DNA of 37,308 bases from an uncultured Alphaproteobacteria bacterium (GTDB taxonomy: Bacteria; Pseudomonadota; Alphaproteobacteria; CACZRW01), in the NCBI GenBank assembly GCA_944390645.1, contig CALXRE010000054.1:1-37308 (forward strand). Direction: 5' to 3'. The position numbers were made by a program, and so were the translations under genes. Below the pieces are notes generated by a model, which saw only the letters and a program-made list of their open reading frames with translations, ran no database searches and was not told the DNA's origin. Positions 8,443 through 16,577 of this stretch are shown piece after piece. How positions within the stretch are numbered: the stretch's first letter is position 1; each line of letters opens with the position of its first letter.

Positions 8443-9705
8443 TCAAGCTAAAAACATCTTTCTCTCTTCGTTTAATGCAAAAAAATTATGAATATTCTTC
8501 CTAACTTCTAGTCTGGCTGCCGATAACGCTAAATGATACGCTAAAAGACGTTGATCCTTATTCTCTTTCTCTCTTAATGCAGATATCTCTGCTAAACCTG
8601 TTCTCGCCTTCATATAAACTGACGTATCCTTCTTTATATCTTCTATATCTATAACTTTTTGATAATACCCTTGCGCTTCTTCTAACCTACCTTCTGATAA
8701 ACTTATCTCTGCAAGCTGTATAAACGATCCTCCATGCTCTGGAAATAATCCTAAACCTTCATTAGCTTTGATATATGAAAGATCTATATCCTCTGCAAAT
8801 AAAATCCTAGATTGAATCAATTTTAAATCTGCTGCTTCAGAAAGAAACTTTAACGATAAATGCCCCTTCGGAAGTCCTGTGGCTTTGTTCTGCTTATATA
8901 AAGAATAGCTATCAAATACTTCCATAAATAAACTTATATCTCCTTTAGATAAAAATCTCATAACTTCCTTATCTGTATGCGGAATTACATAGGTATTTAT
9001 CTGACCACTATACCTTGATACTCCTTCAGAAATATTAAACTCTTCTAAAATCTTTAAATAAAAATCTGCTGCCTCTTGAAGCATTCTACTATCTATATTC
9101 GGATTCAATAATTTCGTAGAAGCTAATATCCTTGATATCTGTACTTCACTAAGTCCTTGACGGTACATCGTAATAATCGAAAATAATAACGTAGATATCT
9201 CTTGTCGGGCTTCATCTCCATAAAACATACTCGCTATGCTCTTTGACACCCCTATACTCGATGAATATTGATCCATCGGCTCTGAAAAACCATCCCTCTT
9301 CCAGTCCATCGAGTAAACTCTTTCTATAACATTCTCCCTGATAGTAAAATCTTCCGCTTCCACTGAAACCTTAGATACTTGTATTTTTTCTCCTCTATTC
9401 TGAACTTGCTTATTCTTAAAAATTTCCTCCCGAGAATCCTTCTCTTGCTTGCTCATAACTGAAGGGGTCTTGGCTAAAACCTCTCTCTTCTGCTTCCCTC
9501 TAAACAAACCTCTCTTACGAAAAAGTTTAAATATAAATCTTATTACTACCAATATAACAAAAACTATTATTGCAATTATAATTAATAAATTCGAAAATAT
9601 GTACTCTGATGCTTGGGGATACATACTATTATCTAAACTTTCTTCTGAAATACTTGTAAGCTCTCTATTCGCTTCTTCTTGATTATACATATTTTCTTCT
9701 CCCAA
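8443..9705 (-). CDS. Hypothetical single-pass membrane protein with helical/TPR-like C-terminal region
   Basis: 420-aa ORF with one strong TM helix (LLIIIAIIVFVILVVIRFIF) followed by KR-rich stop-transfer. The C-terminus (EGRLEEAQGYYQKVIDI) is TPR-like. I recognise no family. Confidence 0.6.
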   Translation of the reverse strand: MGEENMYNQEEANRELTSISEESLDNSMYPQASEYIFSNLLIIIAIIVFVILVVIRFIFKLFRKRGLFRGKQKREVLAKTPSVMSKQEKDSREEIFKNKQVQNRGEKIQVSKVSVEAEDFTIRENVIERVYSMDWKRDGFSEPMDQYSSSIGVSKSIASMFYGDEARQEISTLLFSIITMYRQGLSEVQISRILASTKLLNPNIDSRMLQEAADFYLKILEEFNISEGVSRYSGQINTYVIPHTDKEVMRFLSKGDISLFMEVFDSYSLYKQNKATGLPKGHLSLKFLSEAADLKLIQSRILFAEDIDLSYIKANEGLGLFPEHGGSFIQLAEISLSEGRLEEAQGYYQKVIDIEDIKKDTSVYMKARTGLAEISALREKENKDQRLLAYHLALSAARLEVRKNIHNFFALNEERKMFLA

Positions 9706-9878
9706 AATAGCCTTTCGGCTACATATCTTTATAAACGATCTTTACCTTTATGTTAAGTTCTTAGAATTGCTGCTTGTGGTTTTATTTTTATGTTGTAATC
9801 TATATTTGCTAATGATTTGGTAAATATATGCAAAAATAATATCATATATTTATAACCTTTTAAAAAAGGACTTAAATT

Positions 9879-10844
9879 ATGGGATATATAGAAAAACGAA
9901 AACGATTAAAAAGAGAAAACACTATTATCTCATTACTAATTATTTCTTTAACCGTATTATCTTTATTGCCATTCTTAGCTTCCATAAATTGGAAATTCGA
10001 CTTCTTCGGAGAACTACGCTTTTATTATATCTTAATCGCTACGCTTATTTTTATTTATTGTATTTGCCTAAAAAAATGGACTTTCTTTACTCTTTCTATT
10101 CTCATCATTATCGCTAATGTTGCCATATTATACGCTTATTCTGGAAGACCTTTTAATCAAAATATTCATCAATCTAAATCCGAAACTATATCTATGCTTC
10201 TTTATACCCTTGATCAACAAAGTGAAAATTATCAAGACTTACAATATATCCTTGATTCTTATATCCCTGATATAGCTTTAATATTCTCTCCTAATCCGCA
10301 AAATAATCAAAATTATTCTAATAAAAATTATCCTTATGCTAAAAACACTATAACCGAAAATAATAAACTCATTTATATCCTATCAAAATATCCCTTTATT
10401 AATAGTGGAACTCTAAGCGATAAAAAAGGAATTATTGCTCCTTGGATAACCATAAATCTAGCAGAAAAACCCCTATCTATTGTAAGTGTGTTTCTAGATT
10501 CTCCTTGGAAAAATTATGAAAAATATCAAAACGCTAGACAAAATATCTTGGCTCTAGCTGAATTCTCTAAAAGTCGAGATGAACCAACTATCCTCGCTGG
10601 AAACTTCTCTGCTACAGCGGCAAGTGAATTACTACAACCTTTATCTTTTATCGCAGATCTACGCCCTATCGAAGGATTACAACCTGTTTATCCTTCTTTT
10701 CTGCCTTTTTTCCTACGTTTTAATACTAAACATGTTTATGCTCATCCTGGTATAGTCGTAGATAATGTAAAACAAATATCAACTTCTGAAAACTTAACTA
10801 TTCCCTTGATGATAAAAGTTAAGCCCTTGAAAGAACTTCAATAA
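9879..10844 (+). CDS. Membrane-anchored endonuclease/exonuclease/phosphatase (EEP)-fold-like protein, catalytic residues apparently substituted
   Basis: Three N-terminal TM helices are followed by blocks collinear with bacterial membrane EEP proteins: PDIALIFS (PDvvllqE), SVFLDSPW (vHl..P), ILAGNFSATAAS (GDFNATPWS) and TSENLTIP (GSDHrP). See finding. Confidence 0.5.
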   Translation: MGYIEKRKRLKRENTIISLLIISLTVLSLLPFLASINWKFDFFGELRFYYILIATLIFIYCICLKKWTFFTLSILIIIANVAILYAYSGRPFNQNIHQSKSETISMLLYTLDQQSENYQDLQYILDSYIPDIALIFSPNPQNNQNYSNKNYPYAKNTITENNKLIYILSKYPFINSGTLSDKKGIIAPWITINLAEKPLSIVSVFLDSPWKNYEKYQNARQNILALAEFSKSRDEPTILAGNFSATAASELLQPLSFIADLRPIEGLQPVYPSFLPFFLRFNTKHVYAHPGIVVDNVKQISTSENLTIPLMIKVKPLKELQ

Positions 10845-10856
10845 TTAGAGGAAACA

Positions 10857-13298
10857 ATGATTCCAAACCCACTTGATTTCCAAGAACTCTACAAAACTTG
10901 TGATGATGAATTAAATCAATTTAGAACAACTTCTGAACTTGAATATTTAGATTCTCCCTTAGGTCAAGAACGAGCTTTAGCTGCTATTGATTTCTGCATC
11001 AATGTCAATTCTGATGGCTACAATCTTTTCTGCGTAGGACCAGAAGGAACTGGAAAAACAAGCTTAATAAAACGACAACTAACTAAAGCCGCTAAAAAAA
11101 GAAAAACTCCTGATGATTGGTGCTACATAAATAATTTTGAGGCTCCCCATAAGCCAAAAGCTTTACGCTTACCTCCTGGAAAAGGTGGTGTATTTGCAAA
11201 AGATATTGAAAAACTATTAGAAAGCTTAAAAGTCGTAATCCCTGCTGCTTTCGAAGGCGAAGAATATAAAAATCGTTTGAAAGTAATAGAAGAACATTTT
11301 AATGATCAAAAAGCTTCTTACTTCAATGATTTACAACTAAAAACAAAAGGAAAAAATGTTTCTGTACTCCGTATGCCTGTCGGACTGGTCGTTGCACCTA
11401 CAAAAGACGGTGAAGTTATAACTCCAGAAGCTTTCGATAACCTACCTGAAAACGAAAGAGCAGAAATCCTAGAAGATTTAAATAAAACTCAAAAAGAATT
11501 AGAAATAGCTGTAAGAGATGTTCCTAAATGGGAAAAAGAACAAAGAGAAGAAATAAATAAACTTAATGAAGAAGTGGCTAATTTCGCAGTAAGCCATTTA
11601 ATAAATTCTTTAAAATATAAATATCGTGGATTAAAACCTGTTACTGAATATTTAAAAGAACTCAATAAAGACATTATACAAAATGTTGTATTATTCTTCC
11701 GTCCTGAAGAAACCGTAGAAGATAGTGATGAAGATGCCACTACTCCTTCTCAGCCCATAAATTTACCAGAAAAATTATCTGATGGTCCTTTACGGAGATA
11801 TTGCGTAAACGTAATGGTAAAACATGAAAAAAATTCTGGTGCTCCTATTATTTTCCTTGATAACCCTACCTTACCTAACCTTGTCGGAAGAATGGAAAGA
11901 GTTCAACAATCTGGATCCTTATTCATGGACTTTAATCTTTTAAAACCTGGAGCTCTACATCAGGCAAATGGTGGATTCTTAATTATGGATGCCAGAAATA
12001 TTATTTCTCATCCTCCTGCGTGGGAAGCTTTAAAAAGATCTTTACGCTCTAAAAAAATATCCATGGATCCTCCTGGAGAAGAAAGTAGCGTTATTAGTAC
12101 TGTAATCCTAGATCCAGAACCTATTGATGCCGATTTAAAGGTAATTCTTATTGGTGAACCAGATCTGTATTATCTGTTAGCTGATAGCGACCCTGAATTC
12201 TCTGAACTCTTTAAAATCGAAGCTCATTTTACCTCTTCTATGGATAGAACTCCTGAAAATGTTAATAAATATGCTAGATTGATCGCCGACTTAACAAAAG
12301 ATAAATCTTTAAGAGCGATGAACAGAGCCGCTGTAGCTCGAGTCATAGAATATTCTTCTAGACTGGTTAGTGATAGTAGAAAACTTTCAACCCATATTTC
12401 TCAAATAAGCGATGTAGTTAAAGAAGCTGATTATTTTGCCAGAGTAAGTAACTCTAACACTATTGGAAGAAATCATGTAGAACAAGCCCTAGAAGCTCGC
12501 GATAAAAGAGCTGATCAATTACGCGAAATCTTAACAGAGCAAATCCGAAGAGGTATCATAATGATCCAAACTCAAGGTGCTGTAATAGGGCAAATTAATA
12601 GTCTCGTTGTATATGAAGTAGCTCATTTTAGCTTCGGTAGACCAAGTAAAGTAACTTGCCAAGTACGCATCGGTAAAGGCGAAATAATCGATATCGAAAG
12701 AGAAGTAGAATTAGGTGGTCCTTCTCATACAAAAGGTGTACTTATCTTGTCTTCTTTCTTAGCTTCTCGCTTTGCTAAAGATACTCCTTTATCCCTTGAA
12801 GCTAGCTTGGTATTCGAACAATCTTATGGTGAAGTCGATGGTGATTCTGCTTCTTCTGCAGAGTTATATGCTCTATTGTCCGCTATCGCAGAAGTTCCTA
12901 TTCGACAAGACTTAGCTGTAACTGGATCTGTAAATCAATTCGGTCAAATACAAGCTATTGGTGGAGTAAACGAAAAAATTGAAGGTTTCTTCGATATATG
13001 CAAAATCCAAGGTCTAACCGGAACTCAAGGAGTACTAATTCCTAAAACTAATGTACCTAACTTGATGTTGCGCCAAGATGTATTAGAAGCCGCAAAAAAT
13101 GGCTCTTTCCATATATATCCTATAACTTCTATTGATGAAGGTATCGAATTGTTAACTGGAATTCCTGCTGGAAAACTAAATGAAAATGGTGAATACCCTA
13201 TCGGATCTATAAATAGAAAAATCCAAATCCGTTTGAAAAATTTTTACCTTAAAAACTCTAATGCTACTCTCCAAAATGGAGAACGGGATAAAGAATAA
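10857..13298 (+). CDS. Lon-family ATP-dependent protease homologue (LonB/LonC-like, coiled-coil insertion in the AAA+ module)
   Basis: Walker A is GPEGTGKTS and a long charged helical insertion spans about residues 195-260. The C-terminal Lon protease domain has GEVDGDSASSAELYALLSA (Ser) and IGGVNEKIEGFF (Lys). GAGG lies 5 nt upstream of the ATG. Confidence 0.85.
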   Translation: MIPNPLDFQELYKTCDDELNQFRTTSELEYLDSPLGQERALAAIDFCINVNSDGYNLFCVGPEGTGKTSLIKRQLTKAAKKRKTPDDWCYINNFEAPHKPKALRLPPGKGGVFAKDIEKLLESLKVVIPAAFEGEEYKNRLKVIEEHFNDQKASYFNDLQLKTKGKNVSVLRMPVGLVVAPTKDGEVITPEAFDNLPENERAEILEDLNKTQKELEIAVRDVPKWEKEQREEINKLNEEVANFAVSHLINSLKYKYRGLKPVTEYLKELNKDIIQNVVLFFRPEETVEDSDEDATTPSQPINLPEKLSDGPLRRYCVNVMVKHEKNSGAPIIFLDNPTLPNLVGRMERVQQSGSLFMDFNLLKPGALHQANGGFLIMDARNIISHPPAWEALKRSLRSKKISMDPPGEESSVISTVILDPEPIDADLKVILIGEPDLYYLLADSDPEFSELFKIEAHFTSSMDRTPENVNKYARLIADLTKDKSLRAMNRAAVARVIEYSSRLVSDSRKLSTHISQISDVVKEADYFARVSNSNTIGRNHVEQALEARDKRADQLREILTEQIRRGIIMIQTQGAVIGQINSLVVYEVAHFSFGRPSKVTCQVRIGKGEIIDIEREVELGGPSHTKGVLILSSFLASRFAKDTPLSLEASLVFEQSYGEVDGDSASSAELYALLSAIAEVPIRQDLAVTGSVNQFGQIQAIGGVNEKIEGFFDICKIQGLTGTQGVLIPKTNVPNLMLRQDVLEAAKNGSFHIYPITSIDEGIELLTGIPAGKLNENGEYPIGSINRKIQIRLKNFYLKNSNATLQNGERDKE

Positions 13299-14215
13299 TG
13301 TCTAATAATCTTTTCTCTATAAAAAATATAGCCTTAGCCTTAGATGCTTCTCCTTATAGTATTGCTGCTCTAGATGAAGCTGTCCTCCTTGCTGAACGCC
13401 TAGATGCAAAACTTACTGCTATTTGTATCGAAGATATAAATATGATAAACGCAATCCAACAACCTTATTCCTTAACTGTTACTCCTTTCTCAAAAAGCCT
13501 AAAAATTAATAAAGATAAAATGATCAATGATATGATGAAAGTCCAAACAGGCGCCGTACAAAAGGCTTTGGATTATGCTACTAAAAATCATAAAATAAAA
13601 TATGAACTGATCGTTAAACGCGGTATCATCGCTGATGAAGTAATTAATGCAGCTAAAAATGCTGATATCCTTATTTTAGGTTGGGCTGGTTGGAAAGCTG
13701 CTGATTTCTATTTCGCTAGCTCATCTTTCGGAAAACATTATCGATTCGACTTCCCTGTCAATAAAGCGGTAAAAATAGGATCTTCTGTATGCTCCATAAT
13801 CGAAAAACTTAATGTCCCTGGATTGGTACTCCATAACTCTATTAGTGACTCTTGCTCTATGTCTGTATATTATGACGGAACTAAAGATGCTTTAAAAAAT
13901 CTATATATGGCTGAAGAAGCTTTTAGACTCTTATTCTCTTATTGCTCAACAAATCAAGAAAAACATGCTTTCGAAGTCCTAATTACTGAACAATCTTTAA
14001 TGCAAGATGTAAAACAAATCCTAAAACAATTTAACCTTAAAGCTTCTGTCATTATCCTAGATAAAAACAAACCCCTAGAACAAATGGCTCTAATCGTTAA
14101 AGCAAGTAAAACTAATCTCTTAGTAATCCATTCTAATAGCTCTATCCTAAAAAATACTAAAATAGCCCTACGAGAATTCGATGCCGTTTCAACATCTATC
14201 TTAATAACTAAATAA
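13298..14215 (+). CDS. Universal stress protein (USP)-like protein, two tandem domains
   Basis: IALALDASPYSIAALDEAVLLAERLDAKLTAICIED is a USP-like N-terminal strand-helix-strand, and a second alpha/beta half follows. The start overlaps the Lon stop (TAATG). Confidence 0.5.
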   Translation: MSNNLFSIKNIALALDASPYSIAALDEAVLLAERLDAKLTAICIEDINMINAIQQPYSLTVTPFSKSLKINKDKMINDMMKVQTGAVQKALDYATKNHKIKYELIVKRGIIADEVINAAKNADILILGWAGWKAADFYFASSSFGKHYRFDFPVNKAVKIGSSVCSIIEKLNVPGLVLHNSISDSCSMSVYYDGTKDALKNLYMAEEAFRLLFSYCSTNQEKHAFEVLITEQSLMQDVKQILKQFNLKASVIILDKNKPLEQMALIVKASKTNLLVIHSNSSILKNTKIALREFDAVSTSILITK

Positions 14216-14244
14216 TAAAAAAAGGCTCCCTAAAAAGGAAGCCT
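14216..14244 (-). terminator. Rho-independent terminator of rplM-rpsI; also closes the convergent USP gene
   Basis: GGCTCC (14224-14229) pairs with GGAAGCC (14237-14243, one bulged A). On the minus strand the stem is followed by a U7 run (A-run 14217-14223). Confidence 0.6.
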
Positions 14245-14267
14245 CTCTTAATAATCCCTTTAATCCT

Positions 14268-14774
14268 CTATCTCTTAGAGAATTGGAAACTACGTCTAGC
14301 CTTAGCTTTACCATACTTCTTACGCTCAACAACTCGAGAATCTCTCGTAAGAAATCCTGCTTTCTTTAATGATGTATGTAACTCTGGCTCAAATAAATCT
14401 AAGCAACGGCTAATCCCATGACGAACTGCTCCTGCTTGCCCAGATAAACCGCCTCCTTTTACTGTACAAACAACATCAAACTGACCAACTCTATTAGATA
14501 CAACAAATGGTTGATTTATTATCATCCTTAAAACAGGACGAGGAAAATATACTTCTAAAACCTTACCATTTACAGTAATATCTCCTTTTCCTTGTTTTAA
14601 CCATACTCTAGCTGTTGCATCCTTACGACGACCTGTCGCATAAGATCTTCCATATTTATCTTTCTTTGGCTCCCTCTTCTCCAAAGACGTTACTGCCTTC
14701 TCTTTCTTTGTTGCCTTCTCTTTGGCAGAAACAGCCTTCTTAAGATCCGAAAGAGATTTTATTTCTTCGCTCAT
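14268..14774 (-). CDS. rpsI: 30S ribosomal protein S9
   Basis: C-terminus [16 protein letters not shown] and [18 protein letters not shown] Lys-rich N-terminal extension is present, as in alphaproteobacteria. Confidence 0.95.
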   Translation of the reverse strand: MSEEIKSLSDLKKAVSAKEKATKKEKAVTSLEKREPKKDKYGRSYATGRRKDATARVWLKQGKGDITVNGKVLEVYFPRPVLRMIINQPFVVSNRVGQFDVVCTVKGGGLSGQAGAVRHGISRCLDLFEPELHTSLKKAGFLTRDSRVVERKKYGKAKARRSFQFSKR

Positions 14775-14776
14775 CT

Positions 14777-15235
14777 TTAGCTCCTTTTATTCTTTGTATT
14801 CATAGAGGCTATATCCAAAACTTCTGGTACTTGTCCCCCATGCGGATGTTCTGATCCTGCATAAACATGTAACTTCGTCATCTGTGCCCTTCCAAGCTTA
14901 TTACGAGAAATCATTCTCTCTACTGCTTTGATAATAACCCTTTCCGGATGCGCCTCTAACTGCTTACCTGCTGTGATCCCCTTTATCCCTCCAGGAAAAC
15001 CTGTATGACGGTAATACACTTTATCTGCAAGCTTATTGCCTGTAAGATGAACCTTCTCTGCATTGATTACTATTACATTGTCTCCACAATCTATGTGGGG
15101 CGTATATGTCGGTTTATGCTTGCCTCGTAAAATCTTCGCTATCTGACTCGCTAAACGGCCAAGAACTAAACCTTCGGCATCTATAAGATACCATTTCCTT
15201 ATAACCTCGGACGGTTTGGTTGATATTGTTTTCAT
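14777..15235 (-). CDS. rplM: 50S ribosomal protein L13
   Basis: [34 protein letters not shown] is the canonical L13 N-terminus. The gene lies 2 nt upstream of rpsI. Confidence 0.95.
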   Translation of the reverse strand: MKTISTKPSEVIRKWYLIDAEGLVLGRLASQIAKILRGKHKPTYTPHIDCGDNVIVINAEKVHLTGNKLADKVYYRHTGFPGGIKGITAGKQLEAHPERVIIKAVERMISRNKLGRAQMTKLHVYAGSEHPHGGQVPEVLDIASMNTKNKRS

Positions 15236-15414
15236 CTAAAAAATACCTTCTTATTTCTTTTCTTTTTAAAAAAAACTTAAAAAACTAAGGGTTCGTGATT
15301 ATGACACAATATTATTTTACGTCAATACAAAATAACTATTATTTATCAATATCTTATAATATTGGTATTATAATACCCTCGAAAAACCCTACTAAAACTC
15401 TGATATAAAAACTA

Positions 15415-15464
15415 TATTCGCAAAATAAACTACTTTTCTCCTTTTTATTCGCAAAATGCAAAAT
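15415..15464. repeat. Direct repeat TATTCGCAAAAT x2 (15415-15426, 15446-15457) plus a third GCAAAAT (15458-15464)
   Basis: Exact 12-mers 31 nt apart in the divergent intergenic region between rplM and the 66-aa ORF. Confidence 0.7.
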
Positions 15465-15581
15465 TTAAATTGTTAATAAATTATTAATATAATCAAATCA
15501 TAATCTTAGAAAATTTTTTTCAGGCACTCGTCTTGCTTATATACCTTTATTGGAACAAAAAACGATAAAGGTAATATTGCT

Positions 15582-15782
15582 ATGTCTATTCATTATAACG
15601 CTGCAATGGAAACTCTCGCTATACTGAAAAGTATGGAATTAGTTGCTGTCCCCCTAGAACCTTCTGAAATCATGCTGAAAGCTGGCGTGAGAGCGGGTAA
15701 AGTAGACGAAAAAACTGTAATCAAAATCTATAATGCTATGTTACAAATGGCCGCTCAAGACGAACCTACTACTATCTCTTGA
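15582..15782 (+). CDS. Hypothetical small protein (66 aa)
   Basis: Intergenic ORF with plus-strand-typical codon usage (GCT/ACT/CCT). The SD is weak and I recognise no family. Confidence 0.4.
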   Translation: MSIHYNAAMETLAILKSMELVAVPLEPSEIMLKAGVRAGKVDEKTVIKIYNAMLQMAAQDEPTTIS

Positions 15783-15917
15783 CCAATTATTAATATGCCT
15801 TTTCTTTCTCTATTGACAAAAAAAACTGTCTTTTTCCTCTTTTTTGTGGTATATATACATATTCTTGCGGTTTCTGCTAACTGGCTTTGTAATCCCGCAT
15901 GGTTTAACTCTTAACAA

Positions 15918-15953
15918 AAACAGTTCTTTTAAATATCGGGAAAAGTTCTGTTT
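15918..15953 (+). terminator. AT-rich imperfect hairpin followed by a T-rich tract in the carD leader (terminator or attenuator candidate)
   Basis: AAACAG-TT-CTTTT (15918-15930) pairs with AAAAG-TT-CTGTTT (15941-15953) across a 10-nt loop, followed by TGTTTTGTGGTTTTTTG. The stem is weak. Confidence 0.3.
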
Positions 15954-15998
15954 TGTTTTGTGGTTTTTTGTTAATTTTTCCGATAAACAGAGAAAAGC

Positions 15999-16499
15999 AT
16001 GGCTAAAGATATGTCTTATAATCCTGGTGACTTCGTGGTGTATCCTACTCATGGAGTCGGTAAAGTATCTGATATAACAAAAGATAGTGTGGCTGGACAT
16101 GAATTAGAACTTATTGTCGTTAATTTCGATAAAGATCGTATGACTCTTAGAGTACCTCTAACTAAAGCTAAACAATCAGGACTAAGAAAACTTTCTACTA
16201 AAAATATTATGAGCTCAGCTCTTACTACTTTAAAAGGAAAACCTAAAGCTAAAAGAACTATGTGGTCTAGAAGAGCTCAAGAATATGAAGCTAAAATAAA
16301 TTCTGGAGATCCTGTATCTATTGCTGAAGTCGTTAGAGACTTACATAAATCTTCAGAACAAGCTGAACAATCTTATTCTGAACGCTTGATATATGAACAA
16401 GCTCTTGATCGTTTAGCTAGTGAGTTCGCTGCTCTAGAAAAAATTACTACTGGAGAAGCTACAAACAGAATTACAAAATTGCTTTCTCCTGGAAGCTAA
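15999..16499 (+). CDS. carD: CarD/CdnL family RNA-polymerase-binding transcription factor
   Basis: GDFVVYPTHGVGKV is the N-terminal Tudor-like CarD_TRCF block. 166 aa. Confidence 0.9.
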   Translation: MAKDMSYNPGDFVVYPTHGVGKVSDITKDSVAGHELELIVVNFDKDRMTLRVPLTKAKQSGLRKLSTKNIMSSALTTLKGKPKAKRTMWSRRAQEYEAKINSGDPVSIAEVVRDLHKSSEQAEQSYSERLIYEQALDRLASEFAALEKITTGEATNRITKLLSPGS

Positions 16500-16520
16500 T
16501 TAATATCCTTACTAAGATCT

Positions 16521-16560
16521 AATATGCGTGCAAGAAATTAACTTTTCTTTCACGCATATT
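16521..16560 (+). terminator. Long hairpin downstream of carD (terminator or regulatory element)
   Basis: AATATGCGTG (16521-16530) is a perfect complement of CACGCATATT (16551-16560). The 20-nt loop can pair further (AAGAAA / TTTCTT). No U-run follows. Confidence 0.4.
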
Positions 16561-16577
16561 ATGTATATATCTCTCTT

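Noticed and set aside
15301-15408. 35-aa ORF (MTQYYFTSIQNNYYL...) with AAGGG upstream, in the rplM upstream spacer
   Set aside because: The composition is low-complexity N/Y/I-rich, typical of random AT-rich sequence. There is no other support.
15473-15487. CtrA-box-like TTAA-N7-TTAA (TTAATAAATTATTAA) upstream of rplM and the orphan
   Set aside because: In intergenic DNA this AT-rich, one or more such matches are expected by chance in the window. There is no supporting context.
15810-16100. Overlapping 96-aa (-) and 77-aa (+) ORFs in and around the carD leader
   Set aside because: They overlap each other and the carD start, have no SD and have implausible composition. The region is better explained as the carD 5' leader and promoter.
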